Virus record (IMG/VR): IMGVR_UViG_3300044630_002434
Location: 1-64,000 of that record
Reading direction: 5' to 3' (one strand)
DNA length: 64,000 nucleotides
Source: a virus
Position numbers and translations under genes: made by a program. Positions 10,398 to 22,300 of the stretch are shown in pieces. The stretch's first letter is position 1, and every line of letters begins with the position of its first letter. The notes beneath the pieces were generated by a model. It did not search any database. It had not been told where the DNA came from and saw only the letters and a list, made by a program, of their open reading frames with translations.

Positions 10398-13300
10398 CTA
10401 TCCGTAAATATCTGACCAGTTGTCAGTGGTGTAATTTAGTATCTCACTGGCTCTGTCAGAAATCATATCTAACACATCCTGTGGCATATATCCACTACTG
10501 TATCTGCTTTTTAGTTCTTGTAAAGCCTGTGCAATTCTTTTATCCATTAACATCTTGAATGTTACAGGACCCACTCTATCAAATATTTGCTTTCCAAGGT
10601 CATTACTTACTCCAAGACTTGTAGTTAGATAGTCGTAAGGACTTTGGTATCCATTACTAGTCTGTTCTATAGCAGTGCGAATAGCAACAGCATCAGCATG
10701 GTCAAACGGTATTGGAATCCATGCTTCAGCCACATTTTCGTGGACTGGAGTGTTGGGAACATCGTTTCCACGTACCATCATAACATTATTTGACCCGCGG
10801 TCATTATTCTGGATAATAGCATCCATAGCCAATATACCAAGAGCATTGTTAATGCTAACGTGACTAGCAACATCTACAGCATTTACATCAAATATTCCTG
10901 ATTCAGACATGCGGACTAGATGAGGAGTGTCAAGTTCTGGGCTACTATTTGCACCAACAACAAGTTCGTCACTGTTGATAGAAGGGATACTTAGGTTAGT
11001 CCCAAGTTCACTGGTGATTATTCTGGTGCTGTTTGCATCTCCTTGACGGTCAACAACTGGAAGACCAACAATACCAAGAGCGCGACCAACAATATTAGAT
11101 GCTATTTCGGACTGGACGTTGGTCTCTGTTGATACATTTTTTACAAAGAAACGCTCTTCAGTTTTGGTGCTTTGTACCAACCAGATATCACTTGCACCAG
11201 CGTAAGCACCTGAAATTGTAGGTCCATCCTCTGGGCTAGTTGTATTCTGTTGAACCAACTTTGTAATGGTGAATGGTAGAATCTCACCAGTTTCTTGGTT
11301 AGTAACATTTTTTGTTTCTCCAGGAGTCATGCTCGTATCAAATACTTCACTAGGAAGATTCTTTACAGTCTCTCCAGCCTCACTTAACTTTGTGCGGTTA
11401 GGCTCGAATGACAACCTATCTCTTTGAAGAGCATCAAGCATAGAAACAAAGTCAGCCTTAATTGAAGCATCCTTAGCCTTATCACTAGGGCTGTCTCCGT
11501 TAGTAAATACTGGGTCATTGCCATCAGCAAGAATAGTAGCAAGATACTTACCAAGTGCAGCCTTGGCAGGAGGCGATAGTTGGGATACAGAACGCTTTCC
11601 TTCGTAGCCAGTAAGTTGCGTCAACTCATCTGCATAAGGTGCAAGAATCTCTCCAATACCGTCATAGGTACTACGAGTAGCAAAATGGCTTTTAATTTTC
11701 TCATTATTTTCAAATGCATTAGCGCCACTAGCAGCCAACTTATCAATAGCCTTTTTCATGTTTTCGTATGCGCTGTTCTGGACTCGCTCTGTAGATGTTG
11801 GTATTAGAGTTTTCTTTCCTGAGAACCCTGTATCCATCGAGTAAGCCTTACCAAACCAATGCTGTTCGTTAGCGCGTAGGTCTGGTGTCCAACCAATCAT
11901 TGCCATTTCACGAGGAGTCGGGAATGTAGGAGCAAGTTCAGCATCTGATGTCATTGCTTGTCTTAGACCTTCCCAGTCTGAGACTCCATAAGCGTCAAAT
12001 GCTTGCTGAACAACTTTATCCATACTAGCCTTTGCTCTAGCATAGCCAGTACTACTACCGTAATAATCTACTCTTTCTCCACTAGTGTAGCCACGCTGTA
12101 TGTAGTCATAACGCGATTTTAGTTGGTTGTACCCTACCCCAGCGCCATTCCAGTTAAATCCAGTGATAGCCCAGACGTAACCGCCAGTAGCAGACCCAGG
12201 ATGGCTGAAGCCACCAGCCGCAGCAGATACCGTTATGGATTTAGCGCCATTTGCAATGTACCAGTTTTCAGCGTATTGATTGAATAGAGAAGAGAACCCT
12301 GAAGGTTTTGCTCCTTCAATAAACATGCTTGCATTGTAAACATTATCAAGTTTTCCATCTACAAATCTGAATTGCCTAGATGCACTGTAAGTTTTACCTG
12401 TTTCAGTACTCTTAATTCTTACACTTACATCCATGTTGCCAGTGCCAGATGAGTTAATACGTCCGCCAGCGCTAACGCCTTCAATAGTTAAATCGCCACC
12501 AAAGACGTTACCTACGCCCATGCCAAGTGCTACAGCCTTGTTTAGTTCTCTGCTGTCGCCACTTCTAATAAGTTCTATAACTCGGTCAATTGATGGTCTA
12601 GAAACACCAGCGTGCGCAATCTGGGCAGCCTTTTCTGCTTCCCATCCTTGGTCTTGGAAGTGCTTTTGAGTAACAGGGTCACCGTTAGGTGTTACTACAA
12701 AGTTGTCATCTATCCTGTCAAAGTTAGGATTAGAGACTCCTGCCATAGAACCATCAAACTCTATTTGCTGAACAGGGGTAAGTAGATTCTTAGCAATATT
12801 GAGGAATCTTCTGTGTAGAGGGATAGGATTTGGAGCAAGTTGTAGGTTAAGTTCAGCCTCTAATATCTCTTCAGCCTTAGCATCAGCGCGGGCTCGTTTT
12901 GTAGCCAAACTTTCTTCACTATTTGTTGTAGCAAGTTCGTCTACTTTGGTCTTAACGCTCTCTAATACAGTATCAAGATTAGCATTTGATGGAATTTCAT
13001 AACTATCCATAGTTCCATCAGGAGAAACAACAGTAACAATAGCAGTATTCTCACCCTTAGGGTCGATGTTTACATCAACTCTATACTCATTGACATATCC
13101 TGCTGGCTTATGAGTAAAGCCGTAGTCCCATGTTCCTTCAGAACCAGCAGAATCTACTCTAGCGCTCGCGCGGGAATTAGGTACGTAATCTTTTAACTCT
13201 TGCTGGAGAGTTTGCATACGAGTACGCTGAGCCTGAACCCTAGCCATGTGATAACCATCAACAGCATTTCTAGAAGACAAATTTATTCTATCTAGTGCTT

Positions 13301-16300
13301 CTTCTGTTCTTCTATAGCGTCCACTATTCTTAATAGTCCCATCGGTATTTAATGAAGAAAGAGTCCAACCACCTTGACTAGTATCTTGAGTTAAAATCAT
13401 TTCATGCTCTACTGAAGGAACACTAATCTTGTAGGAAAGACCAGTAAAACTATTATCATCAGATGCAATAGATACTTCTACTGGAGCACTTGCATTTAGT
13501 GCGGCTAGTCTTCCTTCAATAGCACTCTTAAGATTTGCTACTTCACGAGCATTAAGACGCTTTTCTCTAGGTGCTAGAGGATAAGGACGCGAAGCCGTTC
13601 CGCCAGTAGACCTTGGAACTTCAATAGCCTCTCGTTTTTCTAAGAACTTTTGTATGACCGCGTCGCCAGCGTCATCAACAGTGTCAAACTTGTTTGGGAA
13701 TTCAACACCGTCAGCAGTTGCTACATATTTACCACTTGCAGTTTCGTAGTAAACCATTCCTTGAGTCCCAGTTACCCTGTCAGTCATGTTGATTTCTTTT
13801 GTAGCCGAAGACTGAGAAACAGACAAGTTTTGACGAGCACCTGGAACTGCATAAGCCCTACTAGGGTATGACTCCAAATCCTGAATGTAAGCGTATGTGT
13901 TTGGTGCTTCGGTTATAGGATTACCTGGAAGAACCTGAGGATTAGCACCAGCAGGTCCTGAGTCTCCTCGCGAAGATGGGGAACCATTAGCACCAGCAAG
14001 ATAAAGATTTGCTTGCGCTGCTGCTTCATTTAGAGTATCAAAATCATCTGAGAAATCAGGATTTCTACCTTGTTGCATTGCCATTGACGCTAACCAAGCA
14101 GATGTTCTAAACTTACCCTCAGGAGTAGCAGTGATTGATACTGCTCTACCACTTGAACTATTTTCGTAGCCGCGTCTTGTCCAGAAAACACCCTTAAGGT
14201 TTTCATCTACTGTAGACATATTAGTTATTGCATATGAACCTGGAGCCTGAAGACCTGCATTTATAATCTTTTGATAAGCCTCTGTCTGCACATCAGGAGC
14301 ATCAGTGTCGGTAGGAGTGTCGCCCTCTCGAGAAGGTCTCAAATCAAGGAGACGGAACTCTGCTCGCGCAATTGCTACATCAAGGTTAGAAATGTACTCA
14401 GTCTCAAGTGAATCAAAATCAGATTCTATATCTACTGAATAGGTCTTACGGTCTTCATCCCATTCAATAGTAGCAACATTTGTCGCATCTATTTTATCGC
14501 TTAAGTCTCTTAATTTAATAAATTTGTTGCCTGCACTAGCCTCTATTGCCTTGTCATTTCTAACATTAAATGAGTCTGCAGAGTTTTGTAGTGCTCTTGT
14601 TCTTTCCTCATCAGTCATAGGGATAGGAGTCGGAGCCTGTGGAGTAGTAGGAGTTGGAGTGGTAGTAGAAGCGCGGTCTATATTTTCTTGTTCAATAGTG
14701 TTGATAATCTGTTTCGCTCTATAAGTTACACCTCCAAGGTTGTCAAAATACTCAATCTCTCCATAAGGACTTCCCTCAGCAAATGCTTGCAAAGAATAAG
14801 CCTGACGGTTTTCAGCCCATTCAATGTTTACTTGACCATCGCTGTCATCGCCTACGTTAGATATTTTAAGGATGTCTCCATCCATTTCAGCATCTCTTAG
14901 CCCATTATCTCTGTCAGCATTAAATATTTGCACATAGGTCTCTAGCGCTGCTGTTCTTTCTTCAGAGGATATTGCAGTAGGTGATGGCTCTGGTGTCGGG
15001 GTAGGAGTAGGTGTTTGAACCTGTGGAGTAGTAGGAGTTGGTTCTTCGCCTCTACCAGTAGCGCGTCGCCAAATTGGACCAAGAACTCGGTCTTTAGGGT
15101 CAGCAAGTTCAACAATTCTCTCGGATAGAGGCGGAAGACCAGCACGTTCGCGGTACTCGCGTACTCTTTCTTGGCGGTCTAGCCACATTTGGTAGGCACG
15201 GCGTGTTTCAGCAACACCCTTACTTAAACCAGTTCCACCTCGCTTTGATACGTATGGACGGATTACTGTCTTAAATTGAGCACCAGCACCTCTACCAGTG
15301 CCTTCAACTCTACGTACTTCAACAGTGTATTTTTCAGTTGTCTCAAACTTACGAGGCGCTTCAATTCCTTTTTGAATATTCAATAAAGGACGTTCCATGT
15401 TTCGTGCTTCGTCGGAAACTGGAGGAGCGAATCTTAGGTCTTCCGTATCTCTACCGCGACCATTCAAGAATAAGAAGTCAGTAGCATACGTTCCATAAGA
15501 ACCATCAGCAAATGCTACATAGGCATAACCCTTACGGGCACGGTCTCCTGAGTTTTCAATTGTCTCCCAAGCGACAATAACTCCTTCGCCTCTACCTTCG
15601 TTCCATCCGTCATACTGGTGAACGACGCGGTCGCCAAGACGAGCCTGATTTTGTCCATCGGCAAATATGTAGTTTTCTTCAGAGTAGCGTTGCCAATCTT
15701 TATCGCCAATCATTCTTACTCGGAAAGGCTCTTCTCCTGGTAGAAGTCCACTAGTAACAAATGGAGATGAGTCTCCAGCAGTAGCATCCTTTATATCCTG
15801 ACCAAAGTTAGGGTCACTGTTGTAGACTACTCGACCTTCAGCAAGAGCGCGTTGTAGGTCTGCATACATAATGTCTGCTTCTCCACGGCTTGATGCTTCT
15901 TGGTATGCAAGTTCAATATTGTTACGCTCTGGGTCACGAATGATTACGTTGTAGTGCTCTGGGTCGCCTTCAAAACCAGCGCCAGATTGAAGTTCAATAC
16001 TGAACTCTCTGCCATTAGGGTCAACTACTGTAGTACTATCAATCTGCCCATGAGGACGAACAATCCTATCTCCAATAGGAGTTCCAGGAGCAAATACTGT
16101 TGGCTCGTCTAACGCTTCTTCGCCAACATCAACAGTAGAGAGCGTGTCGCGGATTGCTTCTCCACCATCGATAATACGGGTAGCAGGCTGACCAAATACA
16201 CGACCTTCTGTTAGGTCTCCTGCTTGTTCAGGGTCACTCATGTCTAGTGGAACTTTTGAACCATCTGGATTTACCCAGTTAAATATGTCCACCCAGTCGC

Positions 16301-19300
16301 CACGGTCTGTCCAAGCCCGTCGCTCTGCACGATTGTCGCGCTCTAAATAAGCGCCATCTTGAATTCGCGAGCGTCTTTCATTTTGCTTTTGTTCCTTTGA
16401 GCGGGCTGGCTTCTTAGGAGTTTTTACTTCTGGCTGTAGGGACTTGCTAATTTCTTTGCCAGCAGATTTTGCATCCTCTAGAGTTTCAAATCTTTGGAAG
16501 TTGTCAATATCTGGTGCTTCTTCCCAGTTGCTTAAGCCACTATCCTTGAAGACACCAACTTCATAACCGCCACCAAAACGCTTAGGCATCTGCATAATTG
16601 TAATTCTGTAAGCATTGGCATCTTTATCAAATACTATTTCTTCAGACCTCTGTGTTGGGTAAGTAATATCTGAAATCTGCGAAGGCTTTTCTTCATTAGT
16701 AGGTTTTGTACCTTCCATAGATTCAAACATCTCTAAAGTAAGAGCAACAATGTCTTCATGCAATGCGCGTAATACGCTGTCTCCGACCTCTTGGGCTTCT
16801 TCAACAGAATTAACAATATTTTCTTGCTCGCCAACTAAGTCGCCATTGTCGTCAAATACCTTGGTAGTAGCGGTTAGTACTCCATCGCCACTTTCTTCAA
16901 TAGTTGTTTCAGCACTGAAATCATCAATGTTTTCATCAGAGTGCTCTAATCTTGGAGCAGGTTTTTCACTAGGCTCTACAACATTAGTTAGCGATGAGTC
17001 GCCTTCTTCACCAGTGTTTAGAGAGTTGGCGCTGATTGGACGACGAACATTATCAAGACGTGTTCCGCCCCAATAAGGACCGCTAGTAAATTCTTCGCCA
17101 GTTTCTAGGTCAACTCGGTGAATAGTAAATCGGTTTTCTTCAACCTCTTCAACTCCAACAACCTGAGACCAACGGTCACCCTTACGGGTACGCATAAAGT
17201 CACCAACTTCAAGAGAGTTAGCACGAACATCTTCGCGGTCTATTGGACGAGTGTTAGCGTCATCTAATACCCATTCGGCTGTACCTAAACGAGTTGGCTT
17301 TGATACTAAGTCTTTAGATGCCTTTACGCCAGCGATATCTTCAGCAGATTCTGGAGTAATAGTTGGAGTAGTGTTTTTTGAATCTTCAATTAACTGTTCA
17401 ACAGTGACCTCTTGACCAGCAAGTGCATTCTCCACAGCCTGAGCCATGTTCCATGCTTCAAGGTCGCGTAAGTAATTAGGGTAAGTTACTGAGTCGTAGA
17501 AGGCTAAATCCTCTGCGTGCTTAGCAGCAATTGCATCAACATCAAATTGACCATTGGCAAGATTTTCTGCTTGAGCGCGGTCTAGAAGTTTTTCAAAGAT
17601 TAACGCTGCTGCTTCTGCATCAGCATCGGCGCTATGCCAATTCTCTAGTGATACTCCATACTCTTCTGCAAGTTTACCTAATGCAACTCCCTTACGAGGG
17701 ACACCAGCATCAGCATTAATTGCTCTAGCAAGAGACTGAGGGTCAATGTAACCTGTAGGAGTGAAATCTACGCCTGTGTTAGATAGTGCATTCTCCAAGA
17801 ACCTACGGTCAAATCTAGAGTTCTGAGCGCCAAGAATTGTATCGGCTCCAGCCCAATCAGCAAATGCTTGATGAGCATCTGCCATGCTTGCTTGTTGTTG
17901 TAAGAAATCATCCGATAAAGGATTTCCATCGCCATCTTTAAGGTTGTCTTTTGACCAACCTTCAAGCGGTCTGCCTGGATTCATGTACATATTGAATCGG
18001 TCTACTACAACGCCATCTTTAATCTTTACAGCACCAAGTTGGACAGGGTTTTCTGTATTAGGGTCAAGACCAGTTGTTTCGTAGTCAAAGAACGTGAAAG
18101 TCATACCCTTTATATTTTCTCGAAGTTGTTCCCAACTTCCAGCGTCGCGCAACATCTGAGCAAATGCGCCCTGTGCGAATGGGTCACTTACTTCGAATGG
18201 GGAGCGTGGCTCGCGTGTAGGAACTGCGCGAGGTGCTTCTCTAAGGGCAGGATTGACTTCCTGAGGGTAGTCAACTTCTGGAGCATCGCTTGGGAAGTTA
18301 TAGAGTGATGCAGCGTTAGCAATATTTTGGTTGTACTGCTTAACAAACTCTGGGTCAGTGTTACGAACATAAACGCCGTCAATGACTTCGCCTTGATTAA
18401 TTGCAGGTAGCGGACCAGAATCAGGAAGTTCACTGTTACGAATAACTTCCATTTTGTATTCGCGACCGTTACGACCCTCTTGACGAGGTTTCCACATCTT
18501 TTCCTGTAATTCGTGTCCTGGGTAGTAACCCTTAACTACAAGAAGACCTTGAGAGATTGCATCTGCATGGTCTGGATTGTTTGGGTTAGGGTCGGAAACA
18601 CTAGCAATAACAAAATTACCCTTAGTTGGGTCAGCCATAACATCGCCAGGCTTAAGTTCATTTGCATGAACTTTTACGCGGTGAATGTCCGTGCCTGCGT
18701 CAAATTCGTAAGAGGCTACGTCGTATTTATTAGACCAACGCGCACGCGCTGCATTAATCATGCCGCGCCATCTAGCGTAGGTAAGTTTGAATTCTTGGCT
18801 GTTGCTTCCTCCAAGGAAATCCCCGTACTGAGGCTTATGAATCTCTGGGAGATTGCCTGACATAGGCATGTCTTCTTCTGGTATACCTCTTACAAAGTTA
18901 ATAGGAGTTATGTTCTTCCACAACTTCTCTTGTACTGGATGTCCTGGGAAGTAACCCTTAACAGAAAGTTTTCCGCGAGAATCTGGCTCGGTTCCAACTT
19001 CAGTAATAGTGAAGCAGTCGCCGATTGTTAAATCTCCAGGTTGCATACTTGTAACAGGAGCACTGAACTTTACAATGCTTGCTTTACTAGGAAGATTACT
19101 TTCCGTATTAGGACCCCAGATATCCTCAGGTAGAGTTCCATCTTTAGGAGGGTCTTGCATTATGAAATCAACAGTTTCTTTTGAAGTTTTATCTCTAGGA
19201 TAATCGTCCATTACGTACTCAAAGATTTCTTTTGAAGTTCCGCCCTTAGGAGGGTCTTGCATTATAAAATCTTCTCGCGGAGCCTGCTCAGGTACAACAA

Positions 19301-22300
19301 CTTTTTTCTGGGCACCTACAGCATCGCCGTAGTCAGAGAACATTTCGCCCTGACCAGCAGTATAACCAGCAGTGTCTTCTGGGTCGTAAGCCATAAATGT
19401 GACATCAGGCTGACCATTGTTAAAGTCTGAGAAGGTATCTTTGTTCCAGTCAGATGGCGCTTGTGAATCGTCCCAAGGTAGGCGGGCTACAGTCTTTAGA
19501 CCGTGGTCACCGTAGATTTCTGGAAGGGTGGTGTCAAATGCATCAGCAGTGATAGCACCTTCTTGCGTAGCAAGAGGAACCATTGCATGTGCGACACGCT
19601 TATCCTGCGTGTCACCCTTGAAAACAGAAACAAGGTCAGTACCCTTAAGGGCAAAACCTGACTTGCCATCTGCAGAAATAAACATACGCATATCTACGTA
19701 CTCTTCTGGGGTATAGATAAACACAGACGCGCCAAATTCGTTAGCATTCTTTGCATCAGTAATAGCCTGATGGAAAATTGCAGCATTTTCTGGACTTGAC
19801 TTTAGTTCGTGCATAGTTAGTGGTGTAATACCACCATCTTGCATTAATTCTATTGCTTCAGTAGACGGAGTGAATGAGTTTGCCGTCTCTACATTGCCTA
19901 CAGGTAAAGAGACATTGCCTTCGCCTGCTGAGGTGTAAAGTCGTACTCCTTCGCCATCTCTAAGTCCACGAAGTCGGTAGACGCTTGCTCTGGCTGGTTT
20001 TCCTGCACTGGCAAGTTCGTCTGCTCTGGCGTTGAGTCTTGAGGCTCGTTCTGCATTTGGTTCTCCAATTCTTTCTGGCTCTGGCTGAGCCTCTGTAATA
20101 ATACCCGATGGTACCTCTGGCTTGTCAAGTTCAGGCTCAATGCCTTCGCCGTCCATCATTGCTTGCATTTCTTCGTCAGATAGGTCACCAGATGAGCGAC
20201 CCTCTTCTACGTCAGAGGCAACTGGCTTGTTTTCAGCCTGTGCAGCCCAAGCGCGGTCTGCAATTTCTTGAAGGATTTCGTTGGTGTCTTCACCTTGAAG
20301 TTGGAGCGCATCTCGTATAAATTCTGAGGCAATGTCTACATAGAACTCATCGCCGTTTTCATCGAAGTATGTAAATGGTGTTACTCCTACTTCGTATTTG
20401 CTGCCCTCTTCGCGAGGCTCTAAGGAAAATTCGAGATTGTCAATTAATTCTTGAGTATCAAAATTTTGTGCAAGAACATATGGGTCATTAGTCCAACCTA
20501 CAGAAAAACCATCTTGATTTAAAGCATCGCCTTCTTCAACTGTGGTGATGTCTTCAAGAGCGACTGGATTAGGGTCAATCTGCGTGTAGCCTTCTGGAAG
20601 TTTAATATCTTCATTACTTGGCAAGAATGGAACGTGGTCAAAACCACTATCAACCCATGACTGCAGTTCATCTTCAGTCAAACCTTCAATAAGTGCTGGG
20701 TAGTTAGGGTCCTCTTCCTGAGCGTCTTCTTCGGCAGTGTTTACATCTTCAATTGGCTGTTCGCCCTTTGCAGGGGTTACTTCGCTAACTTCTGGAATAT
20801 CTTTAATGCGGTCAAGAGCGTCTGCAACATCCTCTCCCTTGACTTCTTCAATAAATCCACTCTTAGGAGGGTCGTAAAATGCAGTAATTTCTTCTTCGTC
20901 TTCTGCCTTGCTAGGTCCACTCTTAGGAGGGTCAGAAATTATATTAATTTCTTCGTCTTTTGCGCGGTCTAGACGAGCCTTACCCTTTTCATAAGTATCA
21001 GCAACAAACTTATCTGCATTCTTACCTTGCTTCTTAAGAGCAAAGTAAAGTGCTTCTGCTGAAACCTCTTCTATACCCTCGTTAAACTCTAAACCGCCGT
21101 ATCCTAATCCGTTAATACGGTCTAGGCTGTCTCCGATAAGAGCCTCTTGCAAAGCGTTAGCAATTTCCCGTGGCTTAAATTTAGTAGCAAGTGTTTCAGG
21201 GTCATCGGTGAAGTCAGTGCTGTCTTCATTTACGCGACCACTTGGGGTGTAGTCTCCTTGCTCAAGTTCGTAAGCGCCCTGCGGAACTTCAAGAGCAGGA
21301 ACAACTTTCTTAGGAAGTTGTGCAATAGGTTGTTTTTCTTCTTTTTTGTCTTGCTGTATTTCCTGTCCACCAAGTTTTTTAGTAATAGCCTCTGAGCCCT
21401 TACGGAAATCATCTTCAAAGCCTTGAAACTTCTTTTCAAATGTTTTTTGGTTAGGGTTTGTAGTTTCTTTATCGCCAGCAATTGCGTCAGCAATTCTTTT
21501 TGCTTGCTCGGCAAGTTGTTCAGGAGTTCGGTCTGAAGGAGCAGTACCGTCACGCAAAAAGTTTGCAATATTACTTGCTACGTCGCGAAGCGAACCTGCG
21601 GTTTCGTTGTTTGCAATTTCATCAAGACCACTAAGAAGCATGTCGTCAGTAAGTTCTGAAGGAGTTTCTGCTCCACCAAGAGCATCCTTGATGGACTCAT
21701 CAAGCATTGAGGTCCAGTTGTCGCCCTTAGCAACTTCGCCTCCGTTTTCGTCAATTAAACGGTAAGACTTGGAGCCATATTCATTGTTAGTCTGAGCAAC
21801 AGTGTAAACGCCATCCGAGAAAGCCTTTTCTCCTGCGTTTCCTTGGAAGTTCTCTACTGCTTCCCAGCCTGCAGGGGAGTCCACAAACTCTAAATCTGCT
21901 TCTGCAATAATGTCGGACTCATCTGCTGCTGTAGTACGAGCAGTGGCAGGGCTGTAGCCGTCTTTAGTTTTTCCTGGAAGATATGCTTCAATGCCTTCTG
22001 CAGAACTTGCAGGAACACGAACAATACCTTTAGGAGTTTCAACATCAAAAGTATTTGAATCAGCAGCAGCGCCAACCGAGCGACCAGTTAGCCAACGAAC
22101 TGAACCATCGCCAGTACGCACAAGAAGACGCATACCGCCACCTTGTTCAGCGAATCGACCTAAGCGGTCACGACGCTGGCGCATAGCACGCATACGACGT
22201 GCCCAGTACGAGTTGCCATCTCCAGAGAATGCTGCAGTAATTGTTTCAAAGGCTTGTACGCCTTCTTGAGTAGCACCTAAGCGAGTTGTAGCGTACTTAC